From Lama guanicoe (taxonomy: Eukaryota), in NCBI GenBank assembly GCA_013239625.1, contig MU056905.1:15682373-15746372 (forward strand): a stretch of 64,000 nucleotides of DNA, written 5' to 3'. The translations under genes and the position numbers were made by a program. The notes under the pieces are model-generated. The model was not told where the DNA came from and searched no databases. It saw only the letters and a list, made by a program, of their open reading frames with translations. Below, in pieces: positions 25,747 to 38,665 of the stretch. How positions within the stretch are numbered: the stretch's first letter is position 1; each line of letters starts with the position of its first letter.

Positions 25747-26497
25747 CATGTTTTTCTAACTTGTAAATAAATGCCCGACTTTGAAATTCCTTGGAATTTG
25801 CTTCATTCCTCATTATCTGCTTTGAGTATCTCTGTGCAGCAAAGTTATAAATTAATATTTTTAAAATTTAAATAGCTAATACTTGATATCTTGTGTGCAT
25901 GTGTTTTCTAAATAAAGCAGAATACAAAGGTTGTGACCCAAAGACTGATTCTCTCTGGGACGTCTAGAGTCTGAATTTCTGAAGGAAAAATGTGTTCTAT
26001 TCCTGTCCTCATGCCTGGCACACTGAGGTCCTCAATAGCAGGCGGTGGAAGGTGTGCACATCGTGTGCACGGTATCAGTCTGTTTCGAGAGACATTCTCT
26101 TTGGATGACAAAAGCATCCATCTTTATGGGGTGATTTATGGACTTATTTCCTTTACTATGGCTCATGGTGGCTAAGGGTATTTGACTTTCAAAATACCCA
26201 TTGCTGCAGCTTTCTTCAAGTTCTTCTAATGTATTCCATTTAAACCTTGATTCTCTAGGAAAAAATGCAAATATAGTTTATGTTTTGTTTCCAATTATGG
26301 TAGAGTCAAATCTGATATTCTTGTTAAGGAAAGTTAGGTTGTTTGACTTTGTTTGGGTATGTCATTTAATAATGAAATGATAGTCAAATACTCTAAGAGT
26401 ACACAAAATTTGTTTTCAATTGTAAGTCAAGTTGGTTTACCTAATATGGGCTCAAGGTATGCATCTGAGAATGGTGGGCACTTCCGCAGGGGGAGAG

Positions 26498-27367
26498 ATG
26501 TTAGTTATCTGTTGCTGCATAAACATTTACTTTAAAACATGTTGGTCTAAGACAACACTTATTTTTCCCCACTGTTTTTGAAAATCAGGAAACTGGGATC
26601 AGCTTCACTCAGTTCTGGCTCATGGCCTCCCACGAAGCTGCTGGCAAGGCGCTGGCGGGGGCTGGCTTCATCTGAAGGCTTGGCTGGGGCCAGAGGATAC
26701 ACTTCCAAGAAGGCTCACGCTTAGGGCTGCTGGCTGGACACCTCAGTCCTTCTCTACATGGGCCACTCCAGTGGGCTACTTGAGTGTCCTTAAGACATGG
26801 CCACTGGCTTCTACCCAAGCAAGTGATCAAGAGAAAGCAAGACACTGGCCACAATGACTTTTATAATCCAGCCCACAGGGCCACATCCTATCACTCTTTT
26901 TGTGTTCTACTGATTACACAAACTGTCTTAGTTTGTTCAGGCTGCTACAAAAAAATACCACAGATTGAGTTGTTTGTAAACAACAGAAACTCCTCACACT
27001 CCGAGATCAAGGTGCCAGCATGGTCACCACATGGTTCTGGAGAAGGCTCTCTTCTGGGGTCACAGCCAGCACCTTCTCACTGTCCTTACATGGTGAAAAG
27101 GGTGAGGAATCTTCGAGGGGTCTCTTTTATAAGAACACTAATCCCATTCATGAGGGCTCCATCCTTCTAATCTAAGCACCTTCCAAAGGCCCCACCTCCT
27201 GACTCCATCACATTGACATTAGGATTTCAACATGAATTTTGCAGGGACACACATATGCAGACTATAGCACAGCCCAACCCTGATACAGCATTTGAGGGGA
27301 CTAGAGAGGGTGTGACTGTCAGGAGGTGGGAATCACTGGGGGCTGTCTTGGAGGCTGGCTACCATAC
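26498..27367 (-). mobile_element. MLT1F/G-like LTR containing nested MLT1A/B-like LTR (~26924-27269)
   Basis: Outer: gttagttatctgttgctgcataa...catctgaaggcttggctgggg...ggctaccataca; inner: tgtcttagtttgttcaggctgct...tcttttataagaacactaatcccattcatgagggc...gactatagca. Confidence 0.8.
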
Positions 27368-28374
27368 AGTTGGTGGGTGAGCATTAATCTTTTCCCTGAG
27401 TTCCACTGGAATTCTGCTGCAAAAAGGGGGGGGGCAATTCCCAAAGTTTGTCTTCTCAGAAGCTCTGCATGGTACTCTGAAGGCATGGGAAATCAGAGTC
27501 AGGTTAATTTTCAAGTCCAGTCAATGTGTTTGTATTATCTGCTGAATCAGTGGGCTGTGTCTTACAACCTTGAAAGAGCAAGCACTTATGTAAACAAGGC
27601 CATTGGAAGTGGCCCTACTTACTCCATCCTGGGCTGTGTTCAGTGCCACCAAGTTGGGGCACAGGTGCTTAGAAAAAGATCAACAGAAAGCAATACGGTG
27701 TGATCTAGAGTTCAGCAGTGGAAAGTGCAGCGCAGACTAAATACTGTAAGACAGAGGGCTCCCTGCTGGTTGTCAAGAATCAAAGCCTCCTGAAGGTGGA
27801 TGTTTGGGGGAGAACAGAACTAAGAAATAGCATGGAGAGACGAAAGGGACTTAGGAAAGGAGGGGAGCCCTGAGCCATGGCAGGAGGGCCAAGAGTCTGA
27901 TTCAGAAGCTTCAGAGGCTTGAGGGAGGCTGGATTCTACCCTTAGGGGGAGGCACAGAGGGTCCCACTGTCCCTTTACATCAGGAAGATTGAAGGAGGCA
28001 GAATCACTCCCTGGTGACTCCACGGGGGAGGAGTGAAGGAGGGTGCTGTGTGATCAGCATATATATAGACATTGGGTAAACTTCCTCCTCTCTGTCCACA
28101 ACCCTAGAAGGCAGACTTTGACCTTCCCAGAGGCTTCATAAAGGCACAGCGGTACACCATCTCCACCCTGCCTCCCATTGTCCAGACACACAAGGCATGC
28201 ACCAGACGGAGGTGTGCCCTGCAGAGGGGGAGGAAGGGTTTTCTTCACACTCATTTTAAAATGGAGGAGTTTGCTTCAAACCACCTTTAATTTAAAAGAG
28301 AGTTTCTCATATGGAAGTGAAGTGGCCAATTTCCCACATGGAGATGAGGGTGGATGTTTAAAGAAGAGGTAACA

Positions 28375-28958
28375 CTTCATAGCAGCACTATTTACAATAC
28401 CAAGGACATGGAAGTGACCTAAATGTCCACTGACAGATGATTGGATAAAGAAGATGTGGTACATATATACAATGGGGTATTTCTCAGTCATGAAAAGAAT
28501 GAAAGAATGCCATTTGCAGCAACATGGATGGACCTACAGATCATCATACTATGTGAAGTAAATCAGAAAGAGAAAGAAATATACCATATGATATCACTTA
28601 TATGTGGAATCTAAAAAAAAATTAGACAAATGAACTTATTTACAAAATAGAAACAGACTTGCAAACATAGAAAAGAAATTTGTGGCTTCCAGGGGATAAA
28701 GAGGAGGGTGGAGGGATAAATTGGGAATTGGGGGTTTGCAGATACCAACTACTATATATAAATATAAAATAGATAAGCAACAAGGTCCTACTCTAGAACA
28801 CAGGGAACTATATTCAATACCTTGTAGTAGCCTGTAATGAAAAAGTATATGAAAAGGAATATATATATATGCATGTATAACTGAATCACTATGCTGTACA
28901 CCAGAAATTAACACATTGTAAGCTGACTATACTTCAATTCAAAAAATTAAAAATAAGT
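28375..28958 (+). mobile_element. Young 5'-truncated L1 (ORF2 end + 3'UTR)
   Basis: ttcatagcagcactatttacaat...aaagaagatgtggtacatatatacaatgg...ctgactatacttcaa + A tail; 11-bp TSD aagaggtaaca (28364-28374, 28959-28969). Confidence 0.93.
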
Positions 28959-30074
28959 AAGAGGTAACAACTACATGGGCCAAGAAGGTGAAAGGAAAGG
29001 ATCAAATCAGTGTGGAAAGTAAGACAGAAGAGATATTTGGTGCTCTTGCTGTTGTAGGAGCCAGAAAAAAGGCCATTTGTTTCCATACATACAGCAAAAG
29101 CCAAGCTATTCAGGATCCCTTTTGGTTGACTGAACACCCCTAACACACACAGATTCTGTCCCTGTCCTTCAGAAGCAAGGTCTCAAAGCTCTCAGGCTGA
29201 GCTGTTCCTGTCACTCAAAATCCTAACGTCTTAAACTTTTCTCCTAAGGGTTGAGTCTCTCTCCTTCCCCTACAGTGGTGCTCCACCAAGGAAAGACTTG
29301 ATATCTCTTTGATAACTTGGCTTTACAATGAAAATTGTAGAGAAGCTGAGAAATAACAGCATGAGGAGACATTAATTAATTCCCTTTCTCCCACTAGGCA
29401 CTAGACATACGTAGGCTGTTCTACAGCTAAACTCCAAATAACCATGAAATGTCAGAAAGAAGGTGTAGTCTCCATGTTTCCAAGATGGTGCGGTGCAGGA
29501 GAAAGCATTTGGCTGGGTTTAAGTAATCCCGTGTTCCATTTTCCCCTCCTCTGCCACTAACACATTGACAACTGAGTTGGATCCCTGACGATGATGTGCA
29601 CAGCACACATTCTTTACAAAACTACCTTCAAATAATCCATCAGTACCTCCAATCTTCCGCCCTGGCTCTGGTTTGCCCCATGTGCACACCAACCCACACG
29701 CCATCACTGTCCCCATTTTCCTTCATCTTGCCACCACTCTAAGTGGAAGATAATAGCGTTTAAAGCATTCTGGGTTCTCTTTGTGTGTTTTGCCGAAATA
29801 TCTAAAATACACGGAAACATAGCTACAGAGTGATTTTGAGGCTAATTTCCCATCTTTCTTCAGGAAGTTTGTAACTTTTTAAAAAACCATCTTTACAATC
29901 TACCAGCCTCTTATCGACAACCCTGACACAGCCCTGACTGAAGCCAACAATCTTATTTTTTGTGCCTCTATTCTATGCTTAGTAACAGTTACCTAAAAGG
30001 TAATCCTCAGCTTCATTTATTTGTCCTTCTACTCCCTGGGGGCTGGCACATAGCAGGTGCTTTAAAATATTTAA

Positions 30075-30290
30075 TTATTTAATAATCACTTAGCACTTCC
30101 TATGTATAGGACTGCTCTAAATACTTTACAAGTAATCAATAGAACACTATGAGATAGGTGCTGTAATCATCTTTACAGAGGAGGATACTGAGGTTCAAGG
30201 AAGTTAATTAAATTGCCCAAGAATACATAGCTTGTAAGAGGCAACTTTGGGATTGGAACTCAGTTAGCCTGGCTCTGGAGTCTGGATTCT
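30075..30290 (-). mobile_element. MIR SINE
   Basis: tttacagaggaggatactgaggttcaaggaagttaattaaattgcccaag. Confidence 0.75.
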
Positions 30291-30391
30291 CTGCTGCTTC
30301 ATTCACTGAAGAGGAAATGATGAAACATTTGGTAGTTTTATTCTACATATTAGTCCTTCAAATAGGTAAAGGCAGCTACCAAATTCCTAAA

Positions 30392-30393
<2 letters not shown>

Positions 30394-30421
<28 letters not shown>
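30394..30421. repeat. (CA)n microsatellite
   Basis: Direct reading. Confidence 0.95.
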
Positions 30422-30426
<5 letters not shown>

Positions 30427-30752
30427 CTCCAAAAGTTCAAGCCATATAATGCTGCAATATGAGAAGCAAGGAAGAATGTAATTCTTACTGTGTTTTCTGT
30501 TTTCCTTACATAATTTTTAAAATTTCTAGGTACACCCAGGATACTTAAAGGGTCTAAAAACCATTTAATACAAGGAGATGTTGAAGAATCTATGGTCATT
30601 TAACTTGGAGAAAAGAACTCTTGTTGGGAAAATGACCAGAGCAATTCTAGGCTTTACATGACATTCATGAAATCCAGAGAAAGAAAGCATTATTTCCAGT
30701 GCCTTAGAAAGAGCAAAGAGACATATTTTCTAGAAGCCTCTCGCAAACCCTC

Positions 30753-31146
30753 TGTGTTAGTCAGGGTCCTCCAAGGGCTGCCATCAAGGTAGGATTACAC
30801 GTGCTGGGCTTTTCTAAGGGAAAAAGCAAGTGTGAAAGGAAGCAGGGAGTTGAGAAGGCTGGAAGAGCTGTCAGACCTTGTGGGAGTCTCATGTGTAGTA
30901 AATGAAAGAAGGAGAAAGTGTCTAATATTGCAGTGCTATCCAAGCAAAGCCGTAGGGGACTCCTTTAGCCAAAATTAGCTGACAAAGGAGTTCAGTGTCT
31001 CCCAGAAATCAGTCTGTCTTAGCACCCTTAAGATCCATAAATTATCCACAAACTTGGGGATGAATTTCAGAGTGCAGCACCTGGGGCCCATGGTCAATTA
31101 TGCTCCTGTGATGGGAGGTGTTTGAGGTGCATTCCCAAGGCTGCTG
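30753..31146 (-). mobile_element. Old ERVL LTR (LTR16-like)
   Basis: tgtgttagtcagggtcctcc...gattacacgtgc...gaaggctggaagagctgtcagac; family by recall only. Confidence 0.5.
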
Positions 31147-32764
31147 CGTCTCTCCTCACAATTCATTGGTCCATTATTAAATCAATCTTTGTGTGAGGGG
31201 ATTAAAATGCCCTGATTGGTTCAAGAATTCCCAATCACTCTGGCGATGGGGATGGGATCTCCCACAAGTCCACGAAGTCCAGTGTCTGAGTCAATTTCCC
31301 CTCCAGCATGTGGGTTGTGGGGAGGAAAGACTGGTACCAAAATAAAAATCTGGGTATCCCTAGGAAGAGGAAAGGGGAAAACACTGATGGTTTTGCAGTT
31401 CTAATCCTGATCTGGCACCAAAGCCTGTGCTTTGTTTTTCCACATCACAACATTTCTTAACATCTATGGTGAGCAGGTTTTAAAAGTCGTGGTGTTTGGA
31501 GTGGGAGGGTGGGGATTAAATTCTGTGCCACTGAAAATCATCCTATCTATGACATACGACTAGTTTTAGATCATTTCATAAATTGTTGATGAGCTAGCAT
31601 CTTGTAGGAATACAGCAATCAAAATAGCTAATATTTACAGAGCAATAATTATGTGCCTGGACAGTGTGCTTTATATCTGCTTTCACACTTAATACCCACA
31701 ACACCCTGTCAGATAAGCTTTCTTACTAGCTCCAGATGAAGTAGGAGGATGCCAAAGGCTTTGAGGGTCAAGAAACTTTCCTGAGAACACAGCAAGTAAT
31801 TAAGGGGCTGATTGTCTGATTGCAAGACTGTAACATCTCCTCCTCCTGCAATTCTTACTCTATCATATCTCCAGCTTTCTTCAACAAAGCTTTTTAAAAA
31901 TAACTTTGCTTTTAGGGGCTATTCTCTTCTAGGTGAGAATAGGAGAACTTGGTGTTCTCTTAGGCACTGTATTAGTGGCGTTCTGCCAACATTGGCTTGA
32001 GAGGGCTGTTGAAGGCTTTTGAGGCTGGCGCGATGTCAGCTGGAAGGGAGGGTTGCCCTTAATGTCCAGTAACTGCAGGTAGAAGAATACAGTGTGGTGC
32101 TTCAGAATCATAGTATTTGGCTGACTTTGTCAAGAGAATTGTTTTATGTACCCATCTTGATTGCTCAGCTACATACGGATACACACCAAGGTTATGTGCA
32201 GCTGGCATTGGAGGGAATCCATAGAAAGAAAGAAAAAGACCAAGATAATGAGGACCACAGAGAGAATTTCAGCAGTCATCCCAGTGACAACTTACTTCAT
32301 TACAGTAGTCTTTCCTGTGGTGTGCCCTGCTTTAAAGAATACAAATCAACAACTCGGATGAATGGAAGGGTGATTATCTACTCCGCAAAGGCATAATGAA
32401 TTTACATAAGTCTCTTAAATCTCAACAAAAGGAATTTAAAATGCAATCTGTCATCTACAATAATGTTTTTTCAAGAGTACAATGATTAGGTTAGGGGATG
32501 TTCACATACATATGTTTTGAAGAAATATATTTCAGATTGATCAAGCCAAACCTCATTTCAACACAACTTTTGGTATCTATACATCCAAGAAACAGTCATG
32601 AAGGCCCTACTCTGTGCAAGGGACTGTACTACACTTTTAATACTTTGACGAGGTAGCTCTCAGGTGAGGCCCAGGTTCTGCATTCACAACAAGTTCCCAG
32701 ACCACATGCTGAGTAGCAAGGGCTTCTAGAGAATCAAGCTGGGAAATTAGGCAGAAACGTAGGT

Positions 32765-33210
32765 GATACAAATAGCATGGAAACTCCCTGCCCAACCAAC
32801 CACAAGATGAGTCTGGGGAGGATGCCTGCTGCTGCCGGCTAGTGGGTGGACCTCTGGTAACTTCACTGCCCCCAGCACTAGTTGCCGTGTGCCTTCAGCT
32901 TCCTCTTTTGTCACTGGACACTGGGTGCTGTAGTCTCTACAGCCAGACTGAATTCCTATTTGCAGTCATTGCTCCAATCTCCAAGATCTGAGTGAGAGCA
33001 TCTGGTTGACACAGCCAGGGCAGCACACCTGCACTCTACTCCTTGGACAGTGGGCAAAGCTGGTATCTGCTCTTTTCTGCCCCTGAAGTTGGCAGTGGGA
33101 GGGGGGTGGGTCCTGCTTTCCATCATGACTCACAATATAAGAAATTCCCCAAACCTAGGAAGGAGGTTCAGATGCTGGGCAGCCAAAATACAAGATAAAT
33201 GTCCACTATG
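32765..33210 (-). mobile_element. Old ERVL LTR (LTR33-like)
   Basis: Ends ggttcagatgctgggcagccaaaa...aaatgtccacta, as in LTR33-group elements. Confidence 0.45.
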
Positions 33211-34250
33211 AACTATGTGAGGTTATGTGTACAAAAGACGCGTTTAGATGTGTAGCTCCCCTCTACATCAGCTGTAGCAGAGAGATGAAATTCCCAGGTG
33301 TTTCAGCCTTGGGCTCACCACTCTTCTCCCCAGCCTCAAAGGAAAGATGCGGCTCTCCTGGGTTACACGCCATGCTCACATGGCCCGTTGCTTATTTCGA
33401 GTCCAAAACATTCCACATTCCACTTTTCATTTGCTTTACTTCATTTCCTGTTTCACTGCAAATTTTTCTTGTGTCAGGAAGTTTTTTCTGGATTTAGTTT
33501 GTGAGGGTCAGTGAGCTCCCAAGGTATCCTGTTCATCTTCCTGATGGGATTTACATGGTAACTTCTCCAATATTAAAAAATAAACGTAAATCTTATGCCG
33601 TGGCTAAGAAGAATGAGAAATGTCGAAGTGTACACGCATTGGTTCCCCTGTTAGAATTGCTCTCCCCATCCACACTGTAAGCTGGTTTTCATTAAAATGT
33701 GACATTTATCTCCCCAAAGTGAATTTATCTTGCTACAGTAAGAATAGAAAAATGTCACAATTTAATGCAAAACAGTAAATACAGGAAAAGATAAATGATA
33801 GTTTTTAATGAAAACCTTAAGTTTAAAATAATGTTTTTCTTAAATATACAATATTCTAATAGAGGTAAAAAATTGGCATGTGAATTCCAATAAAATAAAT
33901 TCTAATGTCCTATAAGGAGAATATACTGAACAAAGATGCTTGTTGTCAAAACACTGTAGTAGAGGCTTGTTGCTACATATGCTCTTCCATTGCTAGTCAT
34001 GAAAAGCAGGAATTGCAGACAGACATTTCTTGTCTTGGAAATGAAGATGGGGGTTTAGACTTTGTTGGGTGAGACAGGGAAGAGGGTGCCCAGGACAATC
34101 AGTTGTTTGATGGAATTTTCCCACTTTTAAATCAGATTTAGACACAGCCACCAGTAAGAGGGTCCAGCTGCTAGAGTGCTCATGACTCCTTGAGGCTGGA
34201 CAGACTGTCCCAGAGCAGCCTTTACAGACCACAGGTGAAAGAGGAGCTCT

Positions 34251-34791
34251 TTGTAGGGTTTTTTTTTTCCCTTAAAGAAACATAAAATATTGAGTTTACC
34301 TAATTTAAAAACGAACTATGGGTAACTTAGACATTTACTTCATAGGTGTTACAAATTGGAGAAGTGTTGGTCTGGAGGTCCCAGGACCTGATTTTAATTC
34401 TGGGTCTGACACTCATTCCTTATCTGAAGAATGAGAGGGTTGGCATAAATGATCACACAGGTTTTTTTCCTCCTTTTAAGATTGTATGTTTCTAAAGATG
34501 AAAAGAATTTCTCTGCAAACTCTTGTAGGGTTTTTTTTTTTCCCTTAAAGAAACATAAAATATTGAGTTTACCTAATTTAAAAACGAACTATGGGTAACT
34601 TAGACATTTACTTCATAGGTGTTACAAATTGGAGAAGTGTTGGTCTGGAGGTCCCAGGACCTGATTTTAATTCTGGGTCTGACACTCATTCCTTATCTGA
34701 AGAATGAGAGGGTTGGCATAAATGATCACACAGGTTTTTTTCCTCCTTTTAAGATTGTATGTTTCTAAAGATGAAAAGAATTTCTCTGCAA
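34251..34791. repeat. Near-perfect tandem duplication of ~268 bp
   Basis: Copy 1 34251-34518, copy 2 34523-34791; differ only in poly-T length (10 vs 11) as far as I can read. Confidence 0.97.
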
Positions 34792-35429
34792 CATGCTCTG
34801 TTGGGAGAAGAGGGGCAAGAATGGGAAAGGACTTTCACTAGAGTCAGAGGCAAATGAAAAACTTTTAAAAAGTTAGAAGTAGCTGGAGAAAGAGGGAAAT
34901 ATGGAGAAGGCTTTGGTGGGTAGACAGTAAGGGGGCTCCTCGTCAAAACACACTGCTGTTGCTTCTCCCATTCCGTGGGGCTGTGGAATGAAGGAGACAC
35001 TGGCACAATCACAAGGGATTGTTCTCAGCAGCTTTAATACCAGTTTCTGAATGAGATTAGTCATAGTAAGTCACCACTAGGGGAAACGATTTTCTGCTTA
35101 TGAGTGGGGACAAGGTAAGATCATCTCATATTGCAGTATCTCTTCCACTGATCCTTAAGACCCTCTTTTTGAATAAAGGACCAGTAATCACTATACTTAG
35201 ACTTGAAACCCAATTCAGAACCAAGGTAGAGATGAGAATCAGGACCAAACCCTAGCCACAGCCATGCAAGCATCTAAGTGAAGGTGCCTGGTTTTGTTTT
35301 CCTATATGTTATTTTTCAATATGCTCAATATGTTGAGAAAAGAAAAAGGAGCCTGGCTTTAAAAAAAAAAAAGAATTAACTTTAAATCCTCTGGTAGTTG
35401 AGAGTTACACCGGTCAGTAAGATTTACTT

Positions 35430-36946
35430 ACTTTATTTTTAATTTTTGCCATTTTAATTATAATGTGTCTTGGTGTTTTCCTCTTTGGATTCATCTTGTT
35501 CGGGACTCGCTCTGCCTCCTGGACCTAGGTGTCTGTCTGCTTTCCCAGGTTAGGGAAATTTTCAGCTATTACTTCTTCCAACAAGTTATTTGCCTCTTTC
35601 TCTCTCTTCTCTGTCATGTCTCTCTCTTCTCTATAATGTGAATGTCAGTAGGCTTGATGTTTTCCCAGAGGTCTCTTAAACTATCTGCATTTCTTTTAAT
35701 TCTTTTTCCTGTTCATCCTGGGTGATTTCCATTACGCTGTCTACCAGTTTGCTATCTGTTCCTCTGTATTGTCTGATCAATTCTGGATTCCTTCTAGTGT
35801 AGTTTTCATTTCAGTGGTTGTATTCTTCAGTTCTGTTTGGTTCTTCTTTACATTTTCTAACTCTTTGTTAAAATTCTCACTGTGATCATCCAGCCTTCTC
35901 CTGAGTATGTTGAGCATCTTTACGGTCATTACCTTGAACTCTTTATTGGGTAGATTGCTTGTCTCCACTTCATTCTTTTTTGACGTTTTGTCCTGTGTGC
36001 CTTTGTCTCCTCATTTTGTTTAATTTCCTGTGTTTGTTTATATGTATTAGGTAGGTTGGTTACATTTCCTGCTCTTGGAAAAGTGGCCTTATGTAAGAGA
36101 CACCCTAGAGGGCCCAGTGGTTACCAGAGCTTTATGCTCTAGGGCTGCCTCCTCCATGGGCTGTGTGGCAAGGCTGACTACGGTGGCTACTCACCTGCTG
36201 GGAGGTGGGGCCAGGTCCCAGCATGGCTGGCTGCTCAACCTGGGGTGTCTGGGATGGGTGCCAGCCCACTGGTGGGCGGTTAAACCTCTGATGCTAACAG
36301 GTTAAAGGGAGAACTCCAAAACAGCACTTGTCAGCACCAATGTCCTTATAGTGGAAGGAGCTCTCAAAAATGTTTGCTGTCAGCGTCTATGTCCCCAGGG
36401 GGAGCCCCATTTGCCCCCTGGCCTGTCTGAGAGCTTCTCCAAGATCAGCAAGTGGGTCTGACTCAGGCTTCTTTCAAACTCCTGTCTCTACCCTGGGAGT
36501 CAGTGTGTGAGATTTTGTGTGCATTTTTAAAGAGTGAGTCTCTGTTTCCTACAGCCATCTGACTTTCTCATATGCCAGCCCCACTGGCCTCTAAAGCTAG
36601 ACTTCTTGGGGGTCTCATCTTCCCAGTTCAGGACCCTCAGGCTGGAGAGCCCTATATGGGGCTCAGATCCCTTGCTCCTGGGGGAGAAATCCGCAATTGT
36701 AATTGTAATTATCCTCCCATTTATGGGTCATCTACCAGTGTATGGGCTTTGACTATACCATGCCTCCATTCTTCCTGTCTTGAAATTCTTTTTTTTATAT
36801 CTTTCGTTGGAAAATCTTTTCTGCTAGTCTGAGGGGTGATTTTCATTGATAGTTACTCCGTAAATGGTGGTTATTTTGGTGTGCCCATGGGAGGAGGTGA
36901 GCTCAAGGTCTTCCTACTGTACCATCCAGACCACACCTCCTGAACC
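35430..36946 (-). mobile_element. L1 5'UTR + N-terminal ORF1, 3'-truncated
   Basis: ORF 35777-35968 (NLPNKEFKVMTVKMLN..ENFNKELENVKKNQTELKNTTTEMKTTLEGI) is an L1 ORF1p coiled-coil; 5' end caggaggtgtggtctggatgg on minus strand; flanking repeat gatttactt at 35421-35429 and 36947-36955. Confidence 0.88.
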
Positions 36947-37869
36947 GATTTACTTTGATTCCTCGGGGTTACCTGGGGATCTGGCTCAGGTCTCCTCGCT
37001 TCAAGTCAGGTGTGTTTAGTGCTGCTACTTAGCTTCTAAACTCATCTGGGAGGCAGCTTGGCTTTGAAAGGAGAATATATTTGGCTCAAAGGCAGGTCAA
37101 GACACCAGCCAAGGCCTAGAAACAGACTTGTCCAGCCTGGAGCCATCAGCGTGTTTTGGGACCATGCCTCGCACTTGCCTGCAGACCAATGTTATACACA
37201 CCACGGCCCACTGGTTGAATAAATAAACAAATGATGGTGCATGCAAAGTATTTTCCAAAAGAATAAAGCTTGCTAAACATAAGAAGTCAAATGCTAATAT
37301 TTAGAATTGGTCTTTTTGTCTTACTTTCTTTGGAAATGGATTTTGATCTAACTAATCAGGTTGGTTCTATAACTTCGGTAAATTTCTCAGTCTTTTCCCA
37401 GTGCTCACTTTTGAGGATTGTAGTACAGTGGTGAACGACCAAGTTCTCAGACACAGCTTGAGCTCACTGACTCATGAGGAGACTTTCTATTGGGATGAGA
37501 CAACATATTCTTGTGTAATTTGTCAGAATCACCAAAACCCAAACTGGTACACAAACCAGCAACTTTCTATTAGCTTGTAAACCTTGAGTTTCTTGCTAAA
37601 TAGGGAAGCTGGTTAAAAACCATTCTTCAGATTGTAATAAAGATGTTATTTAATTTAGTTAAGTTACCATGTCATCAAGAAATAGATTCGTTTAAAAAAA
37701 TGAATCAAAGGCATCAAATGAAGCATTCAGAGCTGACGGAACCAGCACTATCAGAATTCACTTTCCCTTCCGTAAGATATTTCAGACCATGGACAAATCA
37801 GGCACAAGATAAAGCAGCATCTACAAATAGGTTAAAAAAATAAGGGTGTTTCAGGGGAAAAGGACCCAA

Positions 37870-38330
37870 CAAATTTATAATTGTGAAATACTGGAAACAA
37901 ACATCAATCATGAAGGGATAAGTTAAAAACTTATGAACTATGATGATGGAGATCAGTGTCTCTCAACCTTTTTACCTGTTTCCACATCTTTCCACTTATA
38001 CATCCTACTCTTATCTGGAAGGGGACCAAAGACATAATGAGAATAACAGATGCGGAACTGTATTTATTGGTGTGGGAAGATGTCCAAAACATTGCTGACT
38101 AGAAAAGCCAGAATCTAGCACATGATGTAAAATTATATCTACATGTACAAATTCATACATAATTCCAAGGGCATTCAGCAAAATGCAAATGGTGACTGTC
38201 TTTAGATTGTGGGGTTTCAGGCGATTTCTACTATCATATTTGTGCTTTTCTGCACTGTTTGAATTCTTATAATGAGCATTTATCATATTTATGCTCAGAA
38301 GAAAGAAATAAAGCAGGAAAGCATTTTAAA
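37870..38330 (+). mobile_element. L1ME-like 3' fragment
   Basis: atttataattgtgaaatactggaaacaa...gtgcttttctgcactgtttgaattcttataatgagcat...gaaataaa. Confidence 0.55.
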
Positions 38331-38575
38331 AAAGCATAATAATCATAAGTAGTGGTAATTAGCAATAGGTTTAAGAAGCTGGAAAACATTTTTTTCTCAA
38401 CAGAATATAACAATTTGACAGAATATTAACTTTTTTTTTAAAGGCACCACAATTTGGTGGTCTTGTGTTTCATCAGTCAGTTGTCCTACCATTTGAACGA
38501 TATATGTAAATTCATGCTCTCAACATAATCCACCTAAATATTCAGATAAAAAAATGAGATCTAAAGATGTGATCT

Positions 38576-38665
38576 GGGAGGGTATAGCTCAGCAGTAGAA
38601 CACATGCTTAGCATGCACGAGGTCCTGGGTTCAATCCCCAGTACCTCCATTTAAAAAAATTATAC
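38576..38665 (+). mobile_element. Vic-1 type SINE
   Basis: gggagggtatagctcagcagtagaacacatgcttagcatgcacgaggtcctgggttcaatccccagtacctcca; TSD agatgtgatct (38565-38575, 38666-38676). Confidence 0.94.

Noticed and set aside
32296-32326. 31-nt minus-strand microexon candidate (cag...gtaagt)
   Set aside because: Perfect donor but modest acceptor, no partner exons, and no recognisable peptide.
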